From positions 1 through 64,000 of IMG/VR virus record IMGVR_UViG_3300021400_001319: DNA of 64,000 nt; one strand, given 5' to 3'. A program made the position numbers and the translations under genes. Position 1 is the stretch's first letter, and every line of letters begins with the position of its first letter. The notes beneath the pieces were generated by a model. That model was given only the letters and a program-made list of their open reading frames with translations. It was not told where the DNA came from and made no database searches. Below are positions 1 through 8,823 of the stretch, one piece after another. The DNA comes from a virus. Taxonomy: Duplodnaviria; Caudoviricetes.

Positions 1-74
1 TTTACGTACAAAGATTTTACAATGGGGCAACTATTCTGATCAGGGTTGGGTGTGCTTAGGCGAGGTGCAGGGGT

Positions 75-335
75 ATGCATGATGTACAGACAGAACATCA
101 GGAAAGGGTAGAACACTTATTAGAAGCACTAAAAGAAGCACGTATATATGCAGGAGCAGAGTTTGAGGCTTGCTGCAATGAGAATGAGTATTCCAGGGCA
201 ATATACTTTTCTGGATTCAGGGATGTGTTGGCTACATACATAAGATCACTAGAGGATTACAAGAATGTATTCCAATCAGAGGATAGATGTCCTGTATGTG
301 GCAAGGGTTGTTGGAATAGCGAGGAAAGAGAATGA
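75..335 (+). CDS. hypothetical phage protein, C-terminal CxxC motif
   Basis: ORF track, RBS-like GAGG/GGGG upstream, overlaps next gene (ATGA). Confidence 0.7.
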   Translation: MHDVQTEHQERVEHLLEALKEARIYAGAEFEACCNENEYSRAIYFSGFRDVLATYIRSLEDYKNVFQSEDRCPVCGKGCWNSEERE

Positions 336-538
336 ACAGACTATATACGGGTATCAATTGGCAATACTTCAAAAATCCCAATGATGTAAACGATGCAATA
401 GAGAGTCATGACGCTAATTGGGAAGGCCTTACAGATGCACATGATATCATCAGCATTACGTATGACTCAAATCATGGTTGTTATGTAGTGTTTTGGCGTT
501 GTCCGACAAGGAGTAAGAATCAAGATGAAGATTACTAA
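332..538 (+). CDS. hypothetical phage protein
   Basis: ORF track; coupled to neighbours. Confidence 0.65.
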   Translation: MNRLYTGINWQYFKNPNDVNDAIESHDANWEGLTDAHDIISITYDSNHGCYVVFWRCPTRSKNQDEDY

Positions 539-824
539 AGAAGACATAGAAAATACCATTCATAACTTAGACCTTATTCTGCATCCGTTTATCCTATTTG
601 TAAACCCATCTGAGGAAGATAGGCTCAAGGAAGCGTTAAAGGGTACAGAGTTTGAGGAAAAGGTTATTGTTCAGCCTGCCAGTGTTGTAGAGATGGGGAA
701 GGCTATAATCATGGATCGCAAGAAACTAGAGGATTGGGGTACGCCAAAAGTAAAGTTCGATTTTGAACAAGACATACCCTGGGCGAACAATAGCTTTGGC
801 CATACATGGTCAGAATTGGAGTGA
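525..824 (+). CDS. hypothetical phage protein
   Basis: ORF track; AGGAG upstream. Confidence 0.7.
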   Translation: MKITKEDIENTIHNLDLILHPFILFVNPSEEDRLKEALKGTEFEEKVIVQPASVVEMGKAIIMDRKKLEDWGTPKVKFDFEQDIPWANNSFGHTWSELE

Positions 825-828
825 GATT

Positions 829-1341
829 ATGACAAACAAAGAAAAGTTTATTGAAGTATTTGGGTTAGAACCCAACGAACACTTCTGTCCACTAAATGAA
901 GAGATAGGATGTGAAGGTTGTCCCTACAGCAAAAATGGATGTGATGAAGAACATAAAGATAGGTTCTTTAGTATGGAATATAAAGAGTCAACTACTAAGA
1001 ATAATTTAGGAGTTGATTGTATATCAAGAGCCGAAATGCTGAGATACCAACAATATTTACATGGGAAAATGTCAAATGAGGAAAATCATAAACTATGGGA
1101 ATTTATTAAAGATTTGCCCTCAGTAACACCACAAGAGCCAAAGACAGGGCATTGGAAGCTAGTTCAAAGAGATAAATGGATAGATATTTGTTGCTCTAAT
1201 TGCGAAGCGGTAAGGATTAAAGAATGTGCTTATAACTACACAATAGACCAATTAGAAGAAGATTTTAAGGAATTCTTGAAAAATGGTGATATGAAGTACT
1301 GCCCTTATTGCGGGAGCGATAATAGAGAGGTAAAGGAATGA
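829..1341 (+). CDS. hypothetical protein with CxxC...CPYC zinc-ribbon
   Basis: ORF track (763) re-started at ATG 829 after GGAGTGAG; CSNC and CPYCG motifs. Confidence 0.7.
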   Translation: MTNKEKFIEVFGLEPNEHFCPLNEEIGCEGCPYSKNGCDEEHKDRFFSMEYKESTTKNNLGVDCISRAEMLRYQQYLHGKMSNEENHKLWEFIKDLPSVTPQEPKTGHWKLVQRDKWIDICCSNCEAVRIKECAYNYTIDQLEEDFKEFLKNGDMKYCPYCGSDNREVKE

Positions 1342-1664
1342 CAAGAGAAGAACTAAAAAAGCATTGTGAAAAACAGATTGAAAACTGTGAAATGTGGGCG
1401 AAATATAAAGGTGAAAAGCCTAGTAGCAAAGTCTATGAAGAACATAAACTAATATTAGAATTGTTAGAGCAAGAGCCTATTCTTGACAGGGTAAGGGAAG
1501 AGATAGTAGACACACTATATGTTGATTCACTAATATTCGGAGAACTGATTGATTTTCGGAATGGAAAGATAAGTGCAGATGATGTTATTGAGGAATTTAA
1601 TCGAGTAACAAGACTAGAAGTATTGCAGATTATTGACAAGTACAAAGCAGAAAGTGAGGGATAA
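1338..1664 (+). CDS. hypothetical phage protein (MTREE...LEQEP...KYKAESEG family)
   Basis: ORF track; paralogous motifs shared with 2430 and 2816 ORFs. Confidence 0.75.
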   Translation: MTREELKKHCEKQIENCEMWAKYKGEKPSSKVYEEHKLILELLEQEPILDRVREEIVDTLYVDSLIFGELIDFRNGKISADDVIEEFNRVTRLEVLQIIDKYKAESEG

Positions 1665-1889
1665 ATGAAAATAGGAGAATTGGATATGCACTGTGGTAGT
1701 TGTCCACTCATTGATATGTGTGCAGAACCTTATGAATTTGCTATCTGTGAGTCAAGAATTTTGAGGAATATTACAACGGAGCAATATAAAGAAGAATACT
1801 ATAAAAGACGTGGCACAAATGAAAAAATTTTTAATGAAATCGAGTTTTTATTTAAAGATAAGGCAGAGGATAATGAAACATTTTGGTAA
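1665..1889 (+). CDS. hypothetical Cys-rich protein
   Basis: ORF track, GAGGG RBS. Confidence 0.65.
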   Translation: MKIGELDMHCGSCPLIDMCAEPYEFAICESRILRNITTEQYKEEYYKRRGTNEKIFNEIEFLFKDKAEDNETFW

Positions 1890-1914
1890 TAAAAGCAGAA
1901 AGTGAGGGATAAAC

Positions 1915-2205
1915 ATGGCAGATAATATTTTTGGAAAATTGACAGCTGAAGAGCAAAAGCATCTATGGATGTATATGATATTCAATCGAGATAAAATCAT
2001 AGAAAAAACAGAACAGTGGACTAAAGAAGCAGAAAAAAGAGGTATGACATTGACTGAATATCTCGAATCCATCAATCCGCTTGACACAAATAAAGAGGGA
2101 TTACCTAGTTGGCTTGGTAAAAGATGTGAGGATTGTGGAAATAAAAAGTGCAAAGAACTTGGAAAATTACCCAAAGGATATAATTGTGCATTGTGGCAAT
2201 CATAA
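1915..2205 (+). CDS. hypothetical protein
   Basis: ORF track, GAGGG RBS. Confidence 0.65.
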   Translation: MADNIFGKLTAEEQKHLWMYMIFNRDKIIEKTEQWTKEAEKRGMTLTEYLESINPLDTNKEGLPSWLGKRCEDCGNKKCKELGKLPKGYNCALWQS

Positions 2206-2220
2206 AGTGAGAAATAAAGA

Positions 2221-2412
2221 ATGAAATATGTAAACTATGACCAAAATTGGTATGACGTTATGCGAGAGTTAATTGAAACCTCAGTTGATGGGAAGTTCAG
2301 TTTTAAAAGTTCTGTTAATAAAGAGGATAAGCAATATTGGGTTGAAGCCACTTGTACCGTTAAGGAATTACAGTTTGAAGAAGAAAACGTATTTATTCCT
2401 ATGAGCGAGTAG
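2221..2412 (+). CDS. hypothetical protein
   Basis: ORF track. Confidence 0.6.
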   Translation: MKYVNYDQNWYDVMRELIETSVDGKFSFKSSVNKEDKQYWVEATCTVKELQFEEENVFIPMSE

Positions 2413-2429
2413 AAAGTGAGGGATAAGGA

Positions 2430-2819
2430 ATGACAAGAGAACAGGCCATTGAGCATGGAAAAGAACAACTTGAGATTTTTGGCGGAGAACATAAAGAGTT
2501 TATCGAGTTGGCAATCAAAGCACTAGAGCAAGAGCCTTGTAAGGATTGTATCAGCAGAGAAGCGGTACTTAATTTATTTAATAAATCAGATGATTATAGA
2601 TGGGAAACTACTTTAATAAGAAAGAAGATTGAAAAAATGCCCTCAGTAACACCACAAGAGCCAAGAAAAGGGCATTGGATAGAATGTATGCCAGGAGGTG
2701 CAGAAGAATGGTGTTATAAATGTTCAGAGTGTAATTTTTGGAAGTATAAAAAGACTATCAATTTGAGCAAATTTAAGTTTTGCCCTAACTGCGGTGCAAA
2801 GATGGAGGTAAAGGAATGA
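2430..2819 (+). CDS. hypothetical protein with zinc-ribbon (CSEC...CPNCG)
   Basis: ORF track; paralog of the C-terminal half of 829..1341. Confidence 0.75.
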   Translation: MTREQAIEHGKEQLEIFGGEHKEFIELAIKALEQEPCKDCISREAVLNLFNKSDDYRWETTLIRKKIEKMPSVTPQEPRKGHWIECMPGGAEEWCYKCSECNFWKYKKTINLSKFKFCPNCGAKMEVKE

Positions 2820-3313
2820 CAAGAGAAGAAAAGATAAAGGGCTTGTATAGTTTAAAAGAATATCTGGTAGAAAATCCTATAGAATTTGAAGGACATAATA
2901 AATCGTTGCCAATTACTTTAATTGATTATGCTATTGAAGCCCTAGAGCAACAACCTTGTGAAACAATAAAAGAAATACCTCAAGACTATAAGTACGACAC
3001 AGAAACGGAAGATTTTTTAGTGTATCGTCATATATACACAGGGCACGAGATACATATTGAAAAGCCTGTGCCAAGATATAGATTAGAGCAAGAGCCATTC
3101 ATCAATAAGTCATGTGTATCTAGTGGAGTATGTGAACATGATAAGCAGAAGGTATTAGACAAGATAAGAGCCGAGATTGAGAAATTACAGAAAATGTGCG
3201 ACAAGAACGATTTGAATTTGATGGCACAGTATTCAGCATTTGGCATGGTATTACAGATTCTTGATAAGTACAAGGCAGAAAGTGAGGGAGAAAATGACAC
3301 GGATAGAACATGA
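2816..3313 (+). CDS. hypothetical phage protein (MTREE...KYKAESEG family)
   Basis: ORF track; ATGA overlap. Confidence 0.75.
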   Translation: MTREEKIKGLYSLKEYLVENPIEFEGHNKSLPITLIDYAIEALEQQPCETIKEIPQDYKYDTETEDFLVYRHIYTGHEIHIEKPVPRYRLEQEPFINKSCVSSGVCEHDKQKVLDKIRAEIEKLQKMCDKNDLNLMAQYSAFGMVLQILDKYKAESEGENDTDRT

Positions 3314-3455
3314 TAAGATAATAAATCTAATGAAGCATGGAGCATTACAAGGCATTGATACAGGCAGACTTGATGGAAAATGCGAAGATGTAATACCTCT
3401 TGAAGATGCTATTGCTATTATTGATTTAGTTTACAAGGCAGAAACGGAGAAATAA
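3294..3455 (+). CDS. hypothetical protein
   Basis: ORF track (3240) re-started at ATG 3294 after GAGGGAG. Confidence 0.55.
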   Translation: MTRIEHDKIINLMKHGALQGIDTGRLDGKCEDVIPLEDAIAIIDLVYKAETEK

Positions 3456-3592
3456 ATGCAACCAATATTCACAGCAGATTGGAACGAACAATTTATTGGA
3501 ATAGCTTTTTACTGTGGGTTTTTCAATGAAGAAAATACTTTCGAGATAACATTACAAATAGGGTGGTTAGAATTAAGTATAGGAGTGAAATT

Positions 3593-3799
3593 ATGAAATA
3601 CAAATGTATTAAATCTTTTGATATTGAGGATAAAAGAAAAGGCACATACACAGTTAATAAAGGCGAAATATGGGAAGTACATGATGGTATCAGACTTATT
3701 CTCAAAAGAAAAGGGATTGGAATAGGAGTTATGCCTTATCATATTCTGCAATGCTTTGAAGAAGTGAAGGAAAGTGAGGCAGAAGATGGGAATGATTAA
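3593..3799 (+). CDS. hypothetical protein
   Basis: ORF track (3563) re-started at ATG 3593 after AGGAG. Confidence 0.6.
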   Translation: MKYKCIKSFDIEDKRKGTYTVNKGEIWEVHDGIRLILKRKGIGIGVMPYHILQCFEEVKESEAEDGND

Positions 3800-4172
3800 A
3801 AGATTGATAGCATACTTAAAGCGTCCGAAGTGTCCTAATCATTATTATTGTCCCGATTGCATACATAGCGACCAACATTGGGAAGGAATACGATTTAGAG
3901 GCTTTAGTTGCAGAATAAATGCGAGGTAGAAGATGGGAATAACAATTAACATAACCGAGGGCATTAACGACTATGAATTTTACAATGTACCAGAAAAAGT
4001 AGCAAAGGCAATAATCACACTTTTGCATGAGTGTGAAAAGGATGATAGCACTATTGTTTCAGCTATTAGCGAGAGGTAAAAGATGGGAATAATAATTAAA
4101 TACATAGTAGTAGCAATCTGCGGTTGGATATTTGGAAAGAGCATGGCTTATTTAGTAGGAATGAGGTGAAAG

Positions 4173-4562
4173 ATGGTAGGAATTAAAGACTTTGGTATGC
4201 CTAGTTGTTGTATGAACTGCGAAATGTTTGATGGAGAATATGGCAATTGTGACATTATAGGCGATACACAAGATTTTGAATATCAATGGAACGAAAATAG
4301 ACCTTTTGATTGTCCTCTAGTAGAAGCAATCCCAAAATCCGACTATGAAGCAAGACTAAAGGCTGATATGGTGGCTATGCTGGAAGAATTAAAATCAGAG
4401 TTTGAGGAAAAGATACAAGAATATGAAGCACGTTCTAAAGAACATATTAACGCAACGTATGAAGCCTCTATGTGCGGAAGAATGCTTGGATATTGTGGGG
4501 CTAATGAAACCATTCAAGAGAAAATCGATGCTTTGAGAGGTGAAAATAATGGGAATAAGTGA
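4173..4562 (+). CDS. hypothetical protein (Cys-rich N-terminus, KADMVAML...IQEKIDAL C-terminus)
   Basis: ORF track, GAGGTG RBS. Confidence 0.7.
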   Translation: MVGIKDFGMPSCCMNCEMFDGEYGNCDIIGDTQDFEYQWNENRPFDCPLVEAIPKSDYEARLKADMVAMLEELKSEFEEKIQEYEARSKEHINATYEASMCGRMLGYCGANETIQEKIDALRGENNGNK

Positions 4563-4860
4563 GAGAGAACACCATATCAAAGTATTAGAACAATTTCTAC
4601 ATGATTATCAAGAGTGGGGAGAGGATTTAGAACTAGAGAAAACAATTAAGTACGCTATATCATCACTCAAAACAGACCTTAAATACGACTTGATGTTTGA
4701 GGGAGAAGAAATTTATACCAAGGCTGATATGGTGGCTATACTTACAGAGATACAGTTAGAGATTGAGGAATCTGAAAATTGTGGGAAAGCGTTTCATCTA
4801 GGTTTGCAGATGGCAAGTAACATTATCCAACAGAAAATCAATGCTTTGAGAGGTGAGTAA
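4549..4860 (+). CDS. hypothetical protein (KADMVAIL...IQQKINAL family)
   Basis: ORF track, GAGGTG RBS before ATG 4549. Confidence 0.7.
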   Translation: MGISEREHHIKVLEQFLHDYQEWGEDLELEKTIKYAISSLKTDLKYDLMFEGEEIYTKADMVAILTEIQLEIEESENCGKAFHLGLQMASNIIQQKINALRGE

Positions 4861-5057
4861 TGGAATATACAGAAGTAGAAAAAGAATTTATGGAAATGAT
4901 ACTAAGGATAGGTACTGAAATTCTAAAAGCACAAGGAAACTGTTTAGATTTAAAGAGTGATTACTTTGATGGCAATAAGTTCTATGCTTTACAAAGTAAG
5001 TTAGGACTTGAAGATTTAGATATATGGTAAATCAATGCTTTGAAAGGAGAAAAATAA

Positions 5058-5312
5058 ATGTTTAAGTACTTATGGATTATCATACTAATAATGTTTATTT
5101 GTGTTTTTGTAGGCTACACAATCTATATAGCTTATAAATCGTTTAAAGAAGCCTCAGAAGAAGAAACAGACATTAAAGAAGTGTTACTAGAAACGTTGCG
5201 TAGCATCACAATTTATCACGATATTCTTATTGCAATTTGGTTTGCTATACTTATTGTAGGAACTATTGCTTTGTTTATAGCAAGTGTTATGTCATATATT
5301 GCGGCAAATTAA
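5058..5312 (+). CDS. small two-TM membrane protein
   Basis: two hydrophobic stretches; AAGGAG RBS. Confidence 0.65.
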   Translation: MFKYLWIIILIMFICVFVGYTIYIAYKSFKEASEEETDIKEVLLETLRSITIYHDILIAIWFAILIVGTIALFIASVMSYIAAN

Positions 5313-5333
5313 AGGAGAATAAAGATAATTAAA

Positions 5334-5675
5334 ATGAATGATAAAGAAAAAATATATTTAATTCAATGTTTGTTAGAAGATGTTCGTTGTAATTGGGCTG
5401 AAAAAGTCGAAGAGAGGACAAACCTAGCGAAAAAATTGTGTTTGGAAATAGGTGGCGATTTTTGTAAATTAGCAAGTGAATGTGACGCTTTTTTATCCCA
5501 AGAATATATAGATGGCAGATTCTTTAGAGAACCTTTTCCTTATGGATATGAGAATATGGATATGTTACATAAGTTATCTCATACCTTAAGTGATAAAAGT
5601 AATGAATTTAAGAATTATGTGGAGGAGTATATTACCTATCCCGAATACAGATTTGAAGATGTAGAGGATTGTTAG
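5334..5675 (+). CDS. hypothetical protein
   Basis: ORF track. Confidence 0.65.
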   Translation: MNDKEKIYLIQCLLEDVRCNWAEKVEERTNLAKKLCLEIGGDFCKLASECDAFLSQEYIDGRFFREPFPYGYENMDMLHKLSHTLSDKSNEFKNYVEEYITYPEYRFEDVEDC

Positions 5676-5819
5676 AACAAGGAGAATAAAGATGGAACTA
5701 ACAAAAGTAATCAATAATGGATTCACTTTATCATACTGTAATGGACATTACTACGTATATACAGTAACAGTTGTTGGAAATAACATCTATGTTAATTTTG
5801 ACAGAGTGGGAGCGTGAAC

Positions 5820-6149
5820 ATGGAACTAACGAGAAAACAGATAATTGATAACTTATCCTATATAGCAGATTCAATGCCCGATGATGCCTGTGCAGAGTGG
5901 AGAGATTCTTTAGCTTATGCAATCTCTTCTCTTAAAACTGACGAAGCCTATCAGCTTATGTATGAGGGTGGAGAGGTATTCACTAAGGATGAAGTTGTGG
6001 CTATGCTGACAGAGATAAAAGATGAAGCTAGTAATATACGTCCTACTATTGGGAATTGTACTAGTTTTGCAGAAGGTATCAGGGCGTATGACAAACTTAT
6101 CCAACAGAAAATAAATGCTTTAAAGGAGAATAAAGATGGCACTAATTGA
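5820..6149 (+). CDS. hypothetical protein (EVVAML...IQQKINAL family)
   Basis: ORF track; paralog of 4549..4860. Confidence 0.7.
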   Translation: MELTRKQIIDNLSYIADSMPDDACAEWRDSLAYAISSLKTDEAYQLMYEGGEVFTKDEVVAMLTEIKDEASNIRPTIGNCTSFAEGIRAYDKLIQQKINALKENKDGTN

Positions 6150-6423
6150 CAGCGATAATTTCATAACTCATTTAGTATGGAGTGGACTAGTAGATAAAGC
6201 TACCTGCGGTGAATTAAAAAAAGCTATCGAACTGTGTACTATAAAGGATATTTTCACCAAGGCTGATATGATAGCTATGCTGGAGAAAATTGATTTACAG
6301 TTTGACGAAATTTGTTTTTGCAGAAAAGCAGAGTGGAAAACTGTTCCTGAAATTAAAGCAGAGTATAAAGCAGTTATCCAACAGAAAATCAACAGCTTAA
6401 AGGAGGACAAAAATGAAATATAG
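6136..6423 (+). CDS. hypothetical protein (KADMIAML...IQQKINSL family)
   Basis: ORF track, AAGGAG RBS. Confidence 0.7.
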   Translation: MALIDSDNFITHLVWSGLVDKATCGELKKAIELCTIKDIFTKADMIAMLEKIDLQFDEICFCRKAEWKTVPEIKAEYKAVIQQKINSLKEDKNEI

Positions 6424-6664
6424 CGTTGAATATAAAGATGGGAAATTCATAGAAACATTAGAGGTAGATAGCCATATAGTATCTAAGACCTGGCAGAGAG
6501 AAGATGGTACGATCAGCGGATTGTGCAGCAAGGACAAAGATTTCTCTGAGCAGTTATCAGAGCTGCTTGATGAGGATGATTGTGACAATATTTACAACAC
6601 CTTTGACAATAACATGTGGGTGGCTGACATAGAAGATTTTGTAATGATTAGCGGATTGGAGTAA
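6413..6664 (+). CDS. hypothetical acidic protein
   Basis: ORF track, AGGAGG RBS. Confidence 0.7.
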   Translation: MKYSVEYKDGKFIETLEVDSHIVSKTWQREDGTISGLCSKDKDFSEQLSELLDEDDCDNIYNTFDNNMWVADIEDFVMISGLE

Positions 6665-6666
6665 AC

Positions 6667-6909
6667 ATGACAAACGAACAACTAAAACCAATTATAGACG
6701 AGATTTTGACAGATTATTTCAATATGAGGACAAGGCTAAACTACGACAGGAAAGTACAGGCTGATATGGTAGCCCAGAACCGGGGATTAACAAATGCCTG
6801 CTCAAGTGTGATTACCTTTTCTGACAATCAGCAAGAACTTGTGAAATATACAAAGGCCAAGATTGAAGAAATTAACCAAGGCGAAGCGCAAGAGGTGAGC
6901 ATTAAGTGA
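6667..6909 (+). CDS. hypothetical protein
   Basis: ORF track. Confidence 0.6.
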   Translation: MTNEQLKPIIDEILTDYFNMRTRLNYDRKVQADMVAQNRGLTNACSSVITFSDNQQELVKYTKAKIEEINQGEAQEVSIK

Positions 6910-6919
6910 GGAGTATGCA

Positions 6920-7249
6920 ATGGCAGTAATAATAAAAGATATGGAAAAACTTCCTGATAGCTGTTTTAACTGTGATCTGCACAACTATCATTTCTGCGAC
7001 CTCACAGGAAACTGTGTAGAACAGAATATAGACAATGGCACAAAAGCTGATGATTGTCCTCTAAGTGAGGTATCTGATGCCATAAATAAAGAGATTGAAT
7101 ACTGTAAGTATTGCAAGATTAGAACTTTACCAAGAAAAGGTGTTATATGCAGACATTGTTATGTTGAGCCAAACATGTACAAATATGACGAAGATGCAGA
7201 GGAAGGGACGATAAATGACAGCACAAGAGTTTCAGAAACTAGGAATTGA
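6920..7249 (+). CDS. hypothetical Cys-rich protein
   Basis: ORF track, GAGGAG RBS; N-terminus resembles 4173 ORF. Confidence 0.65.
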   Translation: MAVIIKDMEKLPDSCFNCDLHNYHFCDLTGNCVEQNIDNGTKADDCPLSEVSDAINKEIEYCKYCKIRTLPRKGVICRHCYVEPNMYKYDEDAEEGTINDSTRVSETRN

Positions 7250-7442
7250 ATATTGCAGTAAACACAACTGCTCAATGGGAGGAGAGCCGCCTTGTCCTTT
7301 GGAAAAACATATGATGTGTATTCAAAAGGACGGTGAACTTAGTATGGTATTAGGCATAAATGGAATAGATATTGACTTCATTAAGTTTGCAGATGAGTTT
7401 AAATTTATGGTCAATGAGATTCTTTCGGAGGGCAATCATTGA
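7215..7442 (+). CDS. hypothetical protein
   Basis: ORF track. Confidence 0.6.
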   Translation: MTAQEFQKLGIEYCSKHNCSMGGEPPCPLEKHMMCIQKDGELSMVLGINGIDIDFIKFADEFKFMVNEILSEGNH

Positions 7443-7501
7443 AATACATGGCAGTAATAATAAAAGATATAACAGTAATCGAATAAATAGCGTGGAGCAA
7501 C

Positions 7502-7530
7502 TTGCATATATTAACTGTTAATAGTATACT
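7502..7530 (+). promoter_or_regulatory. sigma-A-type promoter with TTAACTGTTAA palindrome in the spacer
   Basis: TTGCAT-17 bp-TATACT; palindrome at 7511-7521. Confidence 0.7.
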
Positions 7531-7614
7531 ATACTTAGAGTTGTACAGTAAATTTGTCACTATGTTGACACATAATTGTGCGACAATTTGTGTGAACTAT
7601 TTGCGAGGTATATT

Positions 7615-8823
7615 ATGCTTAAGCCAAGAGAAAAAGCAGAAGAGGCAATCCAGCGGCAGCTAAAAAATATTGAAAAGGATCTGTCATCTTACAAGAAAAA
7701 CATTATTGCTATTACTGATGATTTAAACAAGCAATATAATATTCCGTTCTCAGAGGCATCCGACCTTATATCTCAAAAGACACATATAAGCACGGCAAGT
7801 GATTTTGAATTGTATGCAATAATGAATACCCTGGACGAGGGGCTTATTAAAAATTATTTTACACCTATAGAGATTAAAAAGTATTCAAAGCACAGAATAA
7901 AAGAATCAAAAATAACATTTCCTATAGAGTTTAATGTTATTCAAGTAGCAGAAGATCAGTGGCTTGGTAGTATTACTGCCAAGCAACTTATGCTGTTTAG
8001 AGATACTCAATTCATTAACTATAATGAGAATACTCAAAGAACCATGACAAGGGTTAATCGTGGCATCTTTGAAAGTTATAAGATAACATTAAACCGAAAA
8101 GCAGTAGAAGGGATTAAAAAGTCTTTTGCTAGAAATGCATACATACCTAACACGATAACACTTAATCTTCCGGAAGATGCAGAGTTTGACTACGATGAAG
8201 ACGAGAATAAACTCATTATAACAAGCATAAGTCATTTTGATATACTGGATGGATATCACAGATACATTGCAATTAGTGAACTGACTAATAATAATTCTGA
8301 TTTTGATTACACAATGGAACTTAGGATAGTTTCATTTAGTGAGGAGAAAGCTAAGCAGTTTATATGGCAGGAAGACCAAAAAACCAAGATGTCTAAAGCG
8401 GATTCTGCTACCTTTAACCAATATAAGATGTCTAATATTATAGCCCAGAGGCTTAACAGTGGAGCACTTAGAGGAATCATAAATAACAATGGTGGAATAA
8501 TCGATACTGCAGTTCTTACCAATGTTTTTGATTTTACATATCTTAGAGGAAAACAAGACCTTACTAGAAGCGAAGAGATTGCCATGGCTAGAAAGATAAG
8601 CGAGGATTTTAGAAAGATTGAAGAAAATGATCCTACTATCTTTGATAGCAGATGGGACAGAGAATACACTATTTGCGTTATTTACTGTATGTACAAAGGC
8701 TGCTTTGAGGTTGACAAGATAAATTCCTTTGCTGATAATGCAAAAACTGAAATAAGCACAAGGCTGAACCAAAGAGATATATCTCGCTTAGACGCTGTAT
8801 GGAAGGAGGTCGCAGATGTATAA
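7615..8823 (+). CDS. DGQHR/DndB-ParB-like domain protein (SPbeta YopQ/SroE-like)
   Basis: ILDGYHR motif, YIPNTITLN and QEDQKT motifs; GAGGT RBS before ATG 7615; directly precedes a YopR-like gene. Confidence 0.75.
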   Translation: MLKPREKAEEAIQRQLKNIEKDLSSYKKNIIAITDDLNKQYNIPFSEASDLISQKTHISTASDFELYAIMNTLDEGLIKNYFTPIEIKKYSKHRIKESKITFPIEFNVIQVAEDQWLGSITAKQLMLFRDTQFINYNENTQRTMTRVNRGIFESYKITLNRKAVEGIKKSFARNAYIPNTITLNLPEDAEFDYDEDENKLIITSISHFDILDGYHRYIAISELTNNNSDFDYTMELRIVSFSEEKAKQFIWQEDQKTKMSKADSATFNQYKMSNIIAQRLNSGALRGIINNNGGIIDTAVLTNVFDFTYLRGKQDLTRSEEIAMARKISEDFRKIEENDPTIFDSRWDREYTICVIYCMYKGCFEVDKINSFADNAKTEISTRLNQRDISRLDAVWKEVADV

